Origin: an uncultured delta proteobacterium
GTDB taxonomy: Bacteria; Desulfobacterota; Binatia; Binatales; Binataceae
DNA: 64,000 bases
Assembly: GCA_963808235.1 (NCBI GenBank)
Contig: CAWEEQ010000004.1
Location: 3,744,001 to 3,808,000 of the forward strand
Direction of reading: 5' to 3'
In this document: positions 17,610 through 27,537 of the stretch, piece after piece
How positions within the stretch are numbered: the stretch's first letter is position 1
Layout: each line of letters begins with the position of its first letter
Notes under the pieces: generated by a model
What the model was told of the DNA's origin: nothing
Seen by the model: only the letters and a program-made list of their open reading frames with translations
Database searches by the model: none
Program-made: the position numbers and the translations under genes

Positions 17610-18686
17610 TCAGTAGCCCTGCGCTGCGACGCTGGGCTCGGGCGCGAGATCGGCGTAACGCGATGGAGGCGTCCATGGGATGTTGAGCGCGTCGAATTCG
17701 CGCATCAGGGCGTCGACGTCTTTGACGTTAGCGGTCTTCCGGATCAGATCGCGGACCATCAGAGGCCGGTCGGTGAGGCGCTGACGAATCATCGTGCGAA
17801 TTCCGCGCTCGGCCAAATCGTTCACCACCTTGCGCCCGGAAATCGGCTTGCCGTCCAGCGTGAGCAGCGTGCGCGCCTGGATTTCGGACAGCGCGGTGCG
17901 CAGGTACTCGACGTGCGGCGATTCGTCGGAGCGGATATAGCGGACCAGGTTGGCGGCGTCCTCGGGCGCGTCGGAGACTTCGGGATCGGAAAGGATCTCC
18001 TCGGCCCATGCGAACGTCGAGGCGGCGAAGACCTCTATCGCGAGCACGTTGGCCATGAAGCGAATCAGTCGCTCGACCGGCTCGCCGAGCTCGGGGAAAA
18101 GAGCGGCCGGCTGGCCGCCGCGGCGCGCGATGATAGCGGTGTAAATTTCCGGAGAGATAGCGGGATTGGACAGCGCCGCGTCGCGGGCAGCGTCCCACAT
18201 CTGGCGATGACCGCCCTCCTCGGACCATCCCGCCTCGTCGCGCGCATGCGCTTCGAAAAGTCCGGAGCTCAGATGAGCGAGCGCGGTGCCGGCGGTGTCC
18301 TCGCGGATGAAAGTGTTGAGTGGCGGCACGGGCAGCTCGCGGATCATCGCGCCGAAGCCCTCGACGATCGCGATTTCGGAGAGCCATCGCACCATCGGCT
18401 CGCGCACGCCGGAGCGAAGCAGGAATTTTACCTGCGCGACATTAGGCACCTGCGGCGAGACGGTGTCGGCGGGAATCTCGAACAACGCGGTGCCCGAGGT
18501 CGCGACGTGCTGCTCCTGCCACGCCTTGATAGCGGGCACGCGAAACGCGGTCCGCGGCGAGCGATAGTTGCCGTCGGCATCGAAGCCGCCATGGCACTTG
18601 ACGCCCTTGACGACCAGAGCCTCGCGAGTCGAAACGTTGGCAAGAATTTCCTCAGTGGAGAAAGTCAGTTGCGATTCATGCGGCAT
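17610..18686 (-). CDS. Hypothetical ferritin-like (di-iron carboxylate) protein
   Basis: 358-aa ORF with IVEGFG, HARDE..GGH, IEVFA and IRSDESPHV motifs. Confidence 0.55.
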   Translation of the reverse strand: MPHESQLTFSTEEILANVSTREALVVKGVKCHGGFDADGNYRSPRTAFRVPAIKAWQEQHVATSGTALFEIPADTVSPQVPNVAQVKFLLRSGVREPMVRWLSEIAIVEGFGAMIRELPVPPLNTFIREDTAGTALAHLSSGLFEAHARDEAGWSEEGGHRQMWDAARDAALSNPAISPEIYTAIIARRGGQPAALFPELGEPVERLIRFMANVLAIEVFAASTFAWAEEILSDPEVSDAPEDAANLVRYIRSDESPHVEYLRTALSEIQARTLLTLDGKPISGRKVVNDLAERGIRTMIRQRLTDRPLMVRDLIRKTANVKDVDALMREFDALNIPWTPPSRYADLAPEPSVAAQGY

Positions 18687-18754
18687 CGTTCACCTGGATT
18701 CGCTTCGGTTTGATAGCTCCGCGCAAAAGCTCGGGCGGAGAGCGCGTTTACCTG

Positions 18755-18788
18755 CCCTAACATACGTTAGGGACTCAGAATGAGTCAA
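18755..18788 (-). promoter_or_regulatory. Putative sigma70 promoter (TTGACT-N18-TATGTT) overlapped by two inverted repeats
   Basis: CCCTAAC-ATAC-GTTAGGG (18755-18772) and GACTCA-GAA-TGAGTC (18772-18786), upstream of the ferritin-like gene. Confidence 0.5.
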
Positions 18789-18817
18789 CGCCGTGCGAGA
18801 CGAGGGAGCCCGCGACA

Positions 18818-19033
18818 TTACGCGGGGAAGAAATCTACGGGCTCGCCGTGGTACTGGAGGATTGCGACCAGGCCGGCGATGCCCATCAGCAGGATCACGA
18901 TGCTTGCGATTCGTGCGCGGCGCGGCGTGTACTGCGCTTCCATCGAGGACATGTAAAGCTCCGGCCAGATGATTCCGCAGAGGCCGCCTGCGACGACGAT
19001 TCCCGAGATCAACAATTCTACCGTGCGGGTCAC
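18818..19033 (-). CDS. Small two-TM membrane protein
   Basis: 71-aa ORF with two hydrophobic helices. Confidence 0.5.
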   Translation of the reverse strand: MTRTVELLISGIVVAGGLCGIIWPELYMSSMEAQYTPRRARIASIVILLMGIAGLVAILQYHGEPVDFFPA

Positions 19034-19119
19034 GTTTGTATTTTAGCCGAAGGCTTGCGACAAATCCTCTGAGGTTGCGTTAATGGTTCCGATGCCAGGG
19101 AGTCGTTGGCATTACTGCA

Positions 19120-21001
19120 ATGGAGCAAGGGACCAGTATCGAAAATAAGTTGGGCTCCAAAGCGCTCGACGAGAAAAGATTCCGCTCCGTCATCAGGCGG
19201 GCGGTCCTGGTGCCATTCATCCTGGTCGCCGTGTTTGCGACTGGAATGCTGTGGGAACTCAACTCCCGCGTCCAGGATGCGGCATGGGTCGACCACACCG
19301 ACCGGGCTATCGGGATCGGGCAGGAAGTCGCATTTGATTTCGCGGACTCGTCGGCCAATATTCGCGGCTACCTGCTGGTAGGCGACGAGTCGATGCTCGC
19401 GGGATTTCAGAATTCATATGCGGAGGCGCAAAAGGACCTCGGAACGCTGAGTGCTTTGGTGCGCGACAATTCGTCCCAGGTCGAGCGGCTTCAGCGCGTC
19501 GTTCGTATCGGCGATGAATGGAAGAGATATGCGGATCAGGAACTCACGTTCAAAAAAACCGAAGGCGACTATCGAACCGTCATACGCTCCGGCGAGACCA
19601 TCAAGCGCATGGCGGAGATTCAGGACGGGCTTTCCAAATTTGCGGCGGCAGAAAACGAGTTGCGCGTGGAGCGCAGCGCGGCCTCGGGACGGGCCGAATT
19701 TTACGCGATAATTTTCCTGAGCGCGGCCTCGCTGGCGATCGGCAGCCTGCTGGCGCTCCTTGCGCGGAGCGACGTCGAGACGGTGGCCGCTATGTTTGGA
19801 ACGGCACTGCAAAATGAGGCGACCGCACGCGCCCAAGCCGAGGCGGCCAGCCACGCCAAGGACGAGTTTCTCGGCACGGTATCGCACGAATTGCGCAACC
19901 CGCTCAATTCCGTGCTGATGTGGGCGCGCGCGCTGCAGGGTGGAGAAGCTAATCCGGACCGGATGAAGCGCGGGTTGGAGGCTATCGAGCGCGGGGCAAG
20001 GTCACAGGCGGAGATGATCGAGGATTTGATCGACACGGCGCGAATCGAGTCCGGAAAGTTGCGGCTCGATGTTCGTCCGCTCGAACGTCGCGCCGCTGAT
20101 CGAGGCGGCAATCGAGACCGTGCTGCCGGCCGCGGAGAGCAAACAGATAAGAATCCAGGCGGTGCTGGATCCTAACACCGGCCGGGTCGCCGGCGACGCG
20201 CAAAGATTGCAGCAGGTGTTCTGGAACCTGCTCTCCAACGCGGTGAAGTTCACACCTAAAGACGGCCGAATCCAGGTGCAGCTCGAGCGGATCAATTCGC
20301 ACCTTGAAGTCTCGGTCAGCGATACCGGACGGGGAATAGAGGCGAGCGAGTTGGGAAGAGTCTTTGACCGCTTTTGGCAGGCCGATACCGCCTCGCAACG
20401 CGACTATCGCGGACTCGGGCTCGGACTGTCGATCACGCGCAACATCCTCGAACTGCACGGCGGGAGCATCAGCGTCAGCAGCGACGGAGTCGGCAAGGGC
20501 GCGGTATTCAGGGTGCGCTTGCCAATCATGATCGCGGCAGAACTGTCGACCTCGCTCCGGCGGCATCCCACGGTAAGCGACAGCGCCAATTTGGTGCCGT
20601 CGACCAGGCTCGACGGCGTATCGGTATTGGCGGTCGACGACGAACGCGATGCGGCATTGGCAGTTCAGGCGCTGCTCGCCGGAATCGGCGCAAATGTGCG
20701 AGTCGCGAATTCGGCCGACGAGGCGCTGACGATATTAAAGGAATGGACACCCGACGTGATCGTTTCCGATATCGGAATGCCGGGTACCGACGGAATCCAG
20801 CTGATGGAGCAGATCCGAAAGAGCAATTCGGAGCGCGGCCGCGAAATTCCAGCATTGGCGCTGACCGCGTACGGCAGAGTGGACGACAAGATCAAAATAA
20901 TCGAGGCGGGATACCAGGCGCATGTGATCAAGCCGGTCGATGCGAGCGAGCTAGCCGCAGTGATCGCAAGCCTCGCCAGCCGGCGAAATCAGAAGGAGTG
21001 A
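19120..21001 (+). CDS. CHASE3 hybrid sensor histidine kinase/response regulator; +1 frameshift at ~20085
   Basis: TM-CHASE3(WVDHT..RGYLL)-TM, H-box SHELRNPL, N-box QVFWNLLSNAVKFT, GLGLGL, and REC SDIGMP. Frames join at DVRPLE[C]VAPLIE. Confidence 0.85.
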
Positions 21002-21074
21002 ACTTGATTGTGGTGAAACCCGCGGTGGGTTTCACAACTTCCTTCGGCAGGGGTGACCCCTGCACCCAATGTTC
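21000..21074. repeat. Structured dispersed repeat, copy 1 (similar to 34836-34908)
   Basis: GAAC..TGTGGTGAAACCC-GCGGT-GGGTTTCAC..GCAGGGG-TGA-CCCCTGC..CAATGTTC. Confidence 0.8.
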
Positions 21075-21154
21075 AGAAAGTTGCTGACTGTATCGCCGGT
21101 CTCGGTCCTTTGCATCCCCGATGCTGCCTTTGTAGCGTAAACTCTTAACGGCCC

Positions 21155-22744
21155 ATGGCTGCGACTCCGAAACCTCCTGTCCCGCAATCGCACGAGGTCC
21201 ACGATTTTACCTCGACGCGTAAGTGGATCATCGCGTTCTCGGTGATGCTCGGTACCGTGCTCGAGGTCCTCGACAGCTCGATCGTAAACGTCTCGCTGCC
21301 GCATATGCAGGGTAGTTTCTCCGCCAGCGTCGACGAGATCGCGTGGGTGGTGACGTCGTACCTGGTCGCCGCGGGAATCATGATCCCGATGACCGGATGG
21401 ATCGCGGAGCGGTTCGGGCGCAAGCGATACTTCGTGGCGTCGATCACGATGTTTATCGTTTCGTCGGCGCTGTGCGGAGTCGCGCAATCGCTCAACCAGA
21501 TCGTCTTCTTCCGCCTGATGCAGGGCGCCGCGGGCGCCGCGATGATGCCGCTGTCGCAGGCGATCCTGATGGAGACTTTTCCGCCCCGCGAGCAGGCGAT
21601 GGCGATGGCGGTGTGGGGAATCGGGATGATGGTCGCGCCGATCATGGGCCCGACGATCGGCGGCTATATCACCGACGCATGGAGCTGGCGCTGGAACTTC
21701 TACATCAACGTGCCGATCGGCACGCTCGCGGCGTTCATGGTGTATCGATTCGTCGACGATCCGAGCTACATGCGCAACCTGCGCCGCGCCCGCGTCGACT
21801 ACCTCGGAATCCTGTGCCTGTTCGTCTCGCTCGGACTCGGTGAGATCGTGCTCGATCGCGGCGAGCGCGCCGACTGGTTCCATAGCCCGTGGGTGGTTTA
21901 CTGCACGGCCACCGCGCTTATCTCGCTGGCGGTACTGATCTATCACGAGCTGCACACCGAAGATCCGGTCGTCGATTTGAGCATCCTCGAGAACATGAAC
22001 TTCACCCTGCCGGTCACGCTGGTGATTTTTCTGACCTTCACGCTCTATGGCACCGCGATCTTGAATCCGGTTTTTCTGCAGGAGACGCTCGGCTACACGG
22101 CGTCGAAGGCGGGACTCGTGATGGCGCCGCGCGGGTTCGGCACCATGTTCGCGATGATCGTGCTCGGTACAATCGCGCGCCGCGGAGGCGATATCCGGCC
22201 GCTGGTCGGAATCGGTTTTATCCTGGTTGGACTCGCTATGTGGCAAATGTCGGGATTGAACCTTGCCTCCGACGTGCGGCGAATCGTGTGGCCGACGGTG
22301 ATTCAAGGGCTCGGCACGGGCCTTATCTTCCCAGGGCTTTCGGCGGCGGCGCTGAGCTCGATGGAGAAGTTCAAGATGGGCCGCGCGGCGAGCCTCTATT
22401 CAGTAACGCGAAACCTGGGCGCCGCGATCGGCACCTCGTATCTGACCACGCTGCTGATACATCGGCAGCAGGTGAATCAGAGCTACCTGGTCGAGCACGT
22501 CACGGTCTTCACGCTGCCGCGGCTGAATATGCCCGGTGCGCGCGGGATGAGCCTCGCGCAGCAATACACGATGGGCGACAAGCACGGGATGATGATGCTT
22601 TACGGGATGGTGCAGCGGCAGGCGATGATGCTGTCGTTCAACGACATCTACCGAATCCTGTGCGTGATGATGCTGCTGCTCGTGCCGACCTTCCTCTTCC
22701 TGAAGCGCGACACGCGCAACCTCCCCGCCGAAGCCGCGCACTGA
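21155..22744 (+). CDS. DHA2 (EmrB/QacA) family MFS efflux transporter
   Basis: LDSSIVNVSLP, WVVTSY, GWIAERFGRKR, GPTIGG, WRWNFYINVPIG. Confidence 0.9.
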   Translation: MAATPKPPVPQSHEVHDFTSTRKWIIAFSVMLGTVLEVLDSSIVNVSLPHMQGSFSASVDEIAWVVTSYLVAAGIMIPMTGWIAERFGRKRYFVASITMFIVSSALCGVAQSLNQIVFFRLMQGAAGAAMMPLSQAILMETFPPREQAMAMAVWGIGMMVAPIMGPTIGGYITDAWSWRWNFYINVPIGTLAAFMVYRFVDDPSYMRNLRRARVDYLGILCLFVSLGLGEIVLDRGERADWFHSPWVVYCTATALISLAVLIYHELHTEDPVVDLSILENMNFTLPVTLVIFLTFTLYGTAILNPVFLQETLGYTASKAGLVMAPRGFGTMFAMIVLGTIARRGGDIRPLVGIGFILVGLAMWQMSGLNLASDVRRIVWPTVIQGLGTGLIFPGLSAAALSSMEKFKMGRAASLYSVTRNLGAAIGTSYLTTLLIHRQQVNQSYLVEHVTVFTLPRLNMPGARGMSLAQQYTMGDKHGMMMLYGMVQRQAMMLSFNDIYRILCVMMLLLVPTFLFLKRDTRNLPAEAAH

Positions 22745-22758
22745 GACTCGAGGGACTT

Positions 22759-23793
22759 TCAGGCGGCGGCTGATCGCGATTTGGACGGGCGCGATGCGTG
22801 TCCGAAACGCGCGTCGAGGGTAGCCTGCGCTTGGTTCATCACGTCGTGCACGATTTGGCCTGCCGGCTTGACTGAATTGATCAGACCCGCACTCTGCCCG
22901 CATGCCATGCCGCCCTCTTCGATCTTGCCCTCATAGCGCGCTTTTTCGGCGAGCGGAAATCCATATTCGACGGACTGAATCGGGAACGGCTTTATCTCGG
23001 CTTCGCGGCCGACCCACGACTCGGTGAACTTGTTGCGGATGAGGCGGCATGGCTTGCCGCTGTGGCATCGCGTGATCGTGGTGCCTTCTTCGTCGATCTC
23101 GACCACTTTGTTCTTGTAGTTCGGATGCGCGAACGCCTCGACTGATGCGATGAGCCTGCTGCCCATCCAGACTCCCTCTGCGCCGAGCGCGAGTGCCGCC
23201 AGCAGTCCGCGTCCATCGGCGAGGCCGCCCGCTGCCAGCACCGGAACCCGGACCGCGTCGACGATTTGCGGGACCAGCGACATCGTGCCGATTCGTCCGG
23301 TATGCCCGCCCGCCTCATGCCCCTGTGCGATGATCACGTCCACGCCCGACGCTTCGAGGCGCCGCGCCTGCTTCACGTTGCCGCATAGCGACATCACGAC
23401 CACACCGGATTTGTGCGCCTGGCCGATTATTCCGGCGGGATTGCCAAGACCCGAAACGATCACCGGGATGTTCTCTTCGAAGGTGATGTCGATAAGCCTC
23501 CGGACGTTCGAGGCGTAGCTGATCACGGTAGCGCTGTTCGGATCGGCCTTCACTTCGGCAAAAAGAATGTCGACGCCGAACGGGCGCTCGGTCATCGAGC
23601 GGCAGCGCCGGATTTGTTCTTTTAATTCACGCGCGCCCATCGAGCCCGACCCGATACATCCGAGTCCGCCCGCGTTGGAGACTGCGGCGGCGAGTTCCGC
23701 GTGCGCAACAAACCCCATTCCGGCTTGAAAGACTGGATATTTGATTCCGAGCCGCGCGCAGATTGGAGTGTCGAATATCGGATCGAAGTTCAT
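22759..23793 (-). CDS. Nitronate monooxygenase / FabK-like FMN oxidoreductase
   Basis: LGIKYPVFQAGM, AVSNAGGLG, QGHEAGGHTG, AAGGLADGRG, GQSAGLI. Confidence 0.88.
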   Translation of the reverse strand: MNFDPIFDTPICARLGIKYPVFQAGMGFVAHAELAAAVSNAGGLGCIGSGSMGARELKEQIRRCRSMTERPFGVDILFAEVKADPNSATVISYASNVRRLIDITFEENIPVIVSGLGNPAGIIGQAHKSGVVVMSLCGNVKQARRLEASGVDVIIAQGHEAGGHTGRIGTMSLVPQIVDAVRVPVLAAGGLADGRGLLAALALGAEGVWMGSRLIASVEAFAHPNYKNKVVEIDEEGTTITRCHSGKPCRLIRNKFTESWVGREAEIKPFPIQSVEYGFPLAEKARYEGKIEEGGMACGQSAGLINSVKPAGQIVHDVMNQAQATLDARFGHASRPSKSRSAAA

Positions 23794-24469
23794 TAGACCA
23801 CCTCATTTTGCCGCCCCGACCGGTCGGCATCTTGGGTGAAAAAGCGCACGGGGGCGCGCGGTTGTCAAGTTTGGCGCGAATCTTAATCGGTCGCACACAT
23901 GTTGCCCGACCTCGGTGCGCGCGCTAATTAAGATGCCGTCACCTTGGTACGACAGTATTTGGTCAAGGTAGCAATTGTAGGTCTTTAAACGTCGCGCGAA
24001 TCGCAAAGGCCAAGCTTGGGGTTTGACCTCGGTAACGACGCGCGCTTTTCCATCGAGCCGCTGCTTGGATTGAGTTGTGGTGTGGGGCAGGCGGGCGGGC
24101 GTCACGGATCCTGAGCTGAGCCAGGGCTGGTGGGCTGATCAAAAGAGCCGGTGCGCATGGCGCGAGTTTGTGTTGGCGCTTTTCGATCGAGTAGCCCCGA
24201 AGTCGACGTCGGCGGGCGTCGGCGCTGGCGTTATTATTCAAAGCGCCAGGCGATGCCGGCTGGCAGACGCGCTCACGGTTCTGCCGGTATCGATCTCCCT
24301 TCCGTCTCCTTTCCGCGAATTTCTCACAGTTACAATTTAAAATTCCAAAACTTTGTGGAATGTTCCCCCGTGATCTCGGGCGCTAATGTTTCGCGTCGAT
24401 TCGTGCGTTCTCACGCGCTTCGACACGTGCCATTTCGACCCACACTCGAAGCCTTGGGAGGTTGAGCCT

Positions 24470-25168
24470 GTGCGAAATGGTCCCCTGGTTCATAGACGCG
24501 CTTATGCCTCGCGATTTGCGGGGGGCGCGCCGTCGCCTCTCGAGCGTTTGCAGGCACTGACCGCATTCGGAGCGCCGCGGACATTTTCGCACCGCGCGAG
24601 CAGCGTCCCCGTCGAAGTTGCGGAACCCGAGACGCACCGCCTGCAGCTCGGCAGCCGCCTGCCGATCAACCTGCGTCACTTCCTCGCCGCGGAGCTGGGC
24701 GCCTCGATGCGAATCGAGGACGACTCGATTGTCGCCCTGGTCCCGCGTTCGAGTGAGACCCTTATGCGCGAGCTGGCCCGCGCGATTCGCCGATTTTCGG
24801 CCGAGCGCGCGCGCGAGGTGTGGTGCGAGTGCGCGATGAGCCTGGAGCGTCTCCAGCGCGAGTTCTTTGCGGAGCCGAGCGATGTACGCGGCCCGGTGGT
24901 GTTATGCCTTCGATGCGCCTGCGTGGGCGCCGGTCCGCTCGATCAGCATTGCGGCGCTCGATGCATCGCGGTTCACCTCGGCGCCGAAGTGCGCGCGCAA
25001 CAGCTTGAGGGAAAGTGCGTTGACGGGGCGCTGACGCCCGACGCGCTGCACTGCGCGGTCGAAAATTTCAGGACGCGCCGCGCCGGCGACAGCCTGCCGC
25101 ATTACGATCTCGACTGCTACGTGGCGGGCGGACAGGTTATCTTCACCTGGCGTCCGTTGCAGGCTTAG
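24470..25168 (+). CDS. Hypothetical Cys-rich protein (GTG start after GGGAGG)
   Basis: Long ORF with host-like codon usage; WCEC, CLRCAC, HCGARC. Confidence 0.55.
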   Translation: MRNGPLVHRRAYASRFAGGAPSPLERLQALTAFGAPRTFSHRASSVPVEVAEPETHRLQLGSRLPINLRHFLAAELGASMRIEDDSIVALVPRSSETLMRELARAIRRFSAERAREVWCECAMSLERLQREFFAEPSDVRGPVVLCLRCACVGAGPLDQHCGARCIAVHLGAEVRAQQLEGKCVDGALTPDALHCAVENFRTRRAGDSLPHYDLDCYVAGGQVIFTWRPLQA

Positions 25169-25183
25169 GAAGCGGATTCGCTG

Positions 25184-25218
25184 AAAAGAAAACGGGTGCT
25201 TGATTTCTCGAGCACCCG
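25184..25218 (-). terminator. Intrinsic terminator downstream of rpsU
   Basis: Stem CGGGTGCT../..AGCACCCG (25193-25218) followed on the minus strand by TTTTCTTTT. Confidence 0.75.
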
Positions 25219-25241
25219 ATGATGATCAAAATTTTCGATTG

Positions 25242-25439
25242 TTACATCGCGGAGGCGCGACGGCGGCGCTGTTCCTTGCGGCGGCGGCGCTGGGCCTCGG
25301 ACCGCTTGCGTTTGCGCCGCACGCTGGGCTTCTCGTAAAAGGCCCGCTTCTTCATCTCTTTGAAGACGCCCTCCTTGGCCAGCTTGCGTTTGAGCACTCG
25401 CATCGCCTGATCAAGAGAGCCTTCGACCCGTATTTCCAT
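25242..25439 (-). CDS. rpsU: 30S ribosomal protein bS21
   Basis: MEIRVEGSLDQAMRVLKRKL..FYEKPSVRRKRK; GGAGG RBS. Confidence 0.95.
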   Translation of the reverse strand: MEIRVEGSLDQAMRVLKRKLAKEGVFKEMKKRAFYEKPSVRRKRKRSEAQRRRRKEQRRRRASAM

Positions 25440-25564
25440 AGTCCTCCGTCGCCGGTCCAAAGTCCGTACGATGATTAGCCTACCGAGTCTAGGTCCGCCG
25501 ATAGTGAGAGTCAACCGGCGACCGCGTTTGAGGAAGCGCCGCAGTTCCATATAGATCGTCTGCA

Positions 25565-25954
25565 ATGAGGCTCAGCCACGTAATCGCGCTCGCGGTGGTG
25601 GGCTGGTGCTTGTTTTGTGGCACGCCAACAAGAACGCAAAGTAGCGCGATCCCCGATTCCGGTATTCGGGGCGTCGCAGGTTGTCCGCCGAGTTGGGGTA
25701 ATGCGCCGGCAGGGGATCCGACCTTCAAATGTGGTGGGATCGTCGAGTCTGAGACCGGTAAGGATATCGGGGAAATTACTTGCCATGTGCTGACCGCGGG
25801 CTTTTCCGTACCGCTACCTCCCGGAAAATATGTCGTTCACCTGCAAGCCGGAAATGAGACTCGAACCGGAAGCGTGGTCGTGGAAGAACACAAATGGACG
25901 GACATTGAGCCTTGGTCCAAGGTCTGTCGACCTCTTCCGGGACAGCCTATTTAG
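25565..25954 (+). CDS. Small secreted hypothetical protein
   Basis: Signal-like N-terminus; FSVPLPPGKYVV beta-sandwich-like motif; several Cys. Confidence 0.5.
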   Translation: MRLSHVIALAVVGWCLFCGTPTRTQSSAIPDSGIRGVAGCPPSWGNAPAGDPTFKCGGIVESETGKDIGEITCHVLTAGFSVPLPPGKYVVHLQAGNETRTGSVVVEEHKWTDIEPWSKVCRPLPGQPI

Positions 25955-26124
25955 CCGGGCAAATTAAGCCTCTTCAAGTTTCAATAACGCCAGCGATCGA
26001 AGAAGTGGCCGGCGGACACTGGCTCGTTTTGGAGGTCATCTGCCGATCTCGCAACTCTTCCTCATGCGCATAACGCGCTTTTGGAATCGAGATCGTCGCG
26101 GGAGGTGACCCTACACTGTAATAA

Positions 26125-26685
26125 CTATGTCCGGTTGGCGTAGGTTGGCGACTTCTTGATTGCTTCGAAGACGAAGTAAGAATCGATTTCATGCACGCGC
26201 GCGCCGCCGAAGATGCTGCGGAGTTTGTTCTCGTACCAGGTCCGGCGTTTTGTCACGAGGTACATCGCGCCGCCAAGCTCAAGGCGGTTGAATCCTTTCT
26301 CGATGAAGTGCTTCGGTACCGAGAAGTCCACGTGATACGGCGGGTTGCAGATGATTTTGGTGAAGTTGGTCTCACGTAGATCGCGGAATCCGTCGCTCAG
26401 GACGACGTTCGCGCCGTCGATACCGTTGAGCGCGAGGTTTTTCGCGGCGTACTCTATTGCAGTTCGATCGTTGTCGAGCATCCATACAAGGTCGCCTCCG
26501 ATCACCTTCGCCGCGTAGATTCCGACCAGGCCGTAACCGCATCCGAGGTCGAGGATCTTGTCGCTTGGTTCAAACTTGATGCGGGACAGCATCGCGAGCG
26601 TGCCCTGATCCGGCTTCTTCGGCGAGAACAGGCTCGGTTCCGTTTCGAAGCGTAGCTCGATGCCGGCGACATTGGCGTGGATCAT
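26125..26685 (-). CDS. Class I SAM-dependent methyltransferase (small RsmC/MTS-like); start may be 26703
   Basis: LFSPKKPDQGT, ILDLGCGYG, IICNPPYH. Confidence 0.85.
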   Translation of the reverse strand: MIHANVAGIELRFETEPSLFSPKKPDQGTLAMLSRIKFEPSDKILDLGCGYGLVGIYAAKVIGGDLVWMLDNDRTAIEYAAKNLALNGIDGANVVLSDGFRDLRETNFTKIICNPPYHVDFSVPKHFIEKGFNRLELGGAMYLVTKRRTWYENKLRSIFGGARVHEIDSYFVFEAIKKSPTYANRT

Positions 26686-26752
26686 GGATTTGCTATTCTG
26701 CACGATCGGCTAATCGTATAAATCGATCTCTGTGGCGGAAAGGAGCATCGAG

Positions 26753-27532
26753 ATGGATTTGGGACTGCAAAATAAAGTCGCGCTAGTCACCGGCGCCAGC
26801 CGCGGTCTCGGCCGCGCGATGGCGCATGCGCTCGCCGACGAAGGAATGTCCGTGAGCATATGCGCTCGCACCGAGCAGACCTTGACCGAGGCGGTCGCGG
26901 CGATCGCGAAGTCCGGATCGATGGCGCGGCCTGCGATGGGAATCGTCGCCGATATCACCAAGCTTGCGGACGCGCAGAAATGGATCGATGAATCGGTCAA
27001 GCGATTCGGAGGAATCGACGTGTTGGTCAACAACGCGGGTGGCGCACAGCCGGGCGCGCTCGCCGAGCTGCCCGAATCGGCATGGCAAGAGCAATTCGAT
27101 CTGAACTTGTTTGCGCCAGTCAGGCTCGCGCGTCTATCCGCGCCGCACATGGAACGACGCGGCGGCGGTTCGATCATCAATATCGGATCGATCTACGGAC
27201 GCGAGTCGGGCGGGCCGCTGACCTACAACGCTTCCAAGGCTGCGCTGCATTCATTCACCAAGATGCTCGCGCGGGAGTTCGCGCCCAAAAATATCCGCGT
27301 CAACACAATCGCGCCCGGCTCGATTCTGACGGCGGGCGGCAACTGGGAGCGCCGCTTCCGCGAAGATCCGGCCTTCGAGAAAGACTTCATCCTCCACGAG
27401 ATGCCGGCCGGCCGGCTCGGCCGCCCCGAGGAAGTCGCGTATGCGGTTGTGATGCTCGCGTCGCCGCGCGCGAGCTGGATCACCGGCGCTAATATCCCGG
27501 TGGACGGCGCGCAGAGTCGTTCGATTCTTTGA
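26753..27532 (+). CDS. SDR family NAD(P)-dependent oxidoreductase
   Basis: AGGAG RBS; TGASRGLG, NNAG, YNASK. Confidence 0.92.
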   Translation: MDLGLQNKVALVTGASRGLGRAMAHALADEGMSVSICARTEQTLTEAVAAIAKSGSMARPAMGIVADITKLADAQKWIDESVKRFGGIDVLVNNAGGAQPGALAELPESAWQEQFDLNLFAPVRLARLSAPHMERRGGGSIINIGSIYGRESGGPLTYNASKAALHSFTKMLAREFAPKNIRVNTIAPGSILTAGGNWERRFREDPAFEKDFILHEMPAGRLGRPEEVAYAVVMLASPRASWITGANIPVDGAQSRSIL

Positions 27533-27537
27533 TTGCG

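Noticed and set aside
23870-23887. TTGGCGCGAATCTTAAT as a sigma-54 promoter
   Set aside because: It has the -24 GG element but lacks the -12 GC.
25974-26192. 72-aa minus-strand ORF in a lower-GC patch
   Set aside because: Overlaps the methyltransferase 3' end and has no recognisable motif or RBS.
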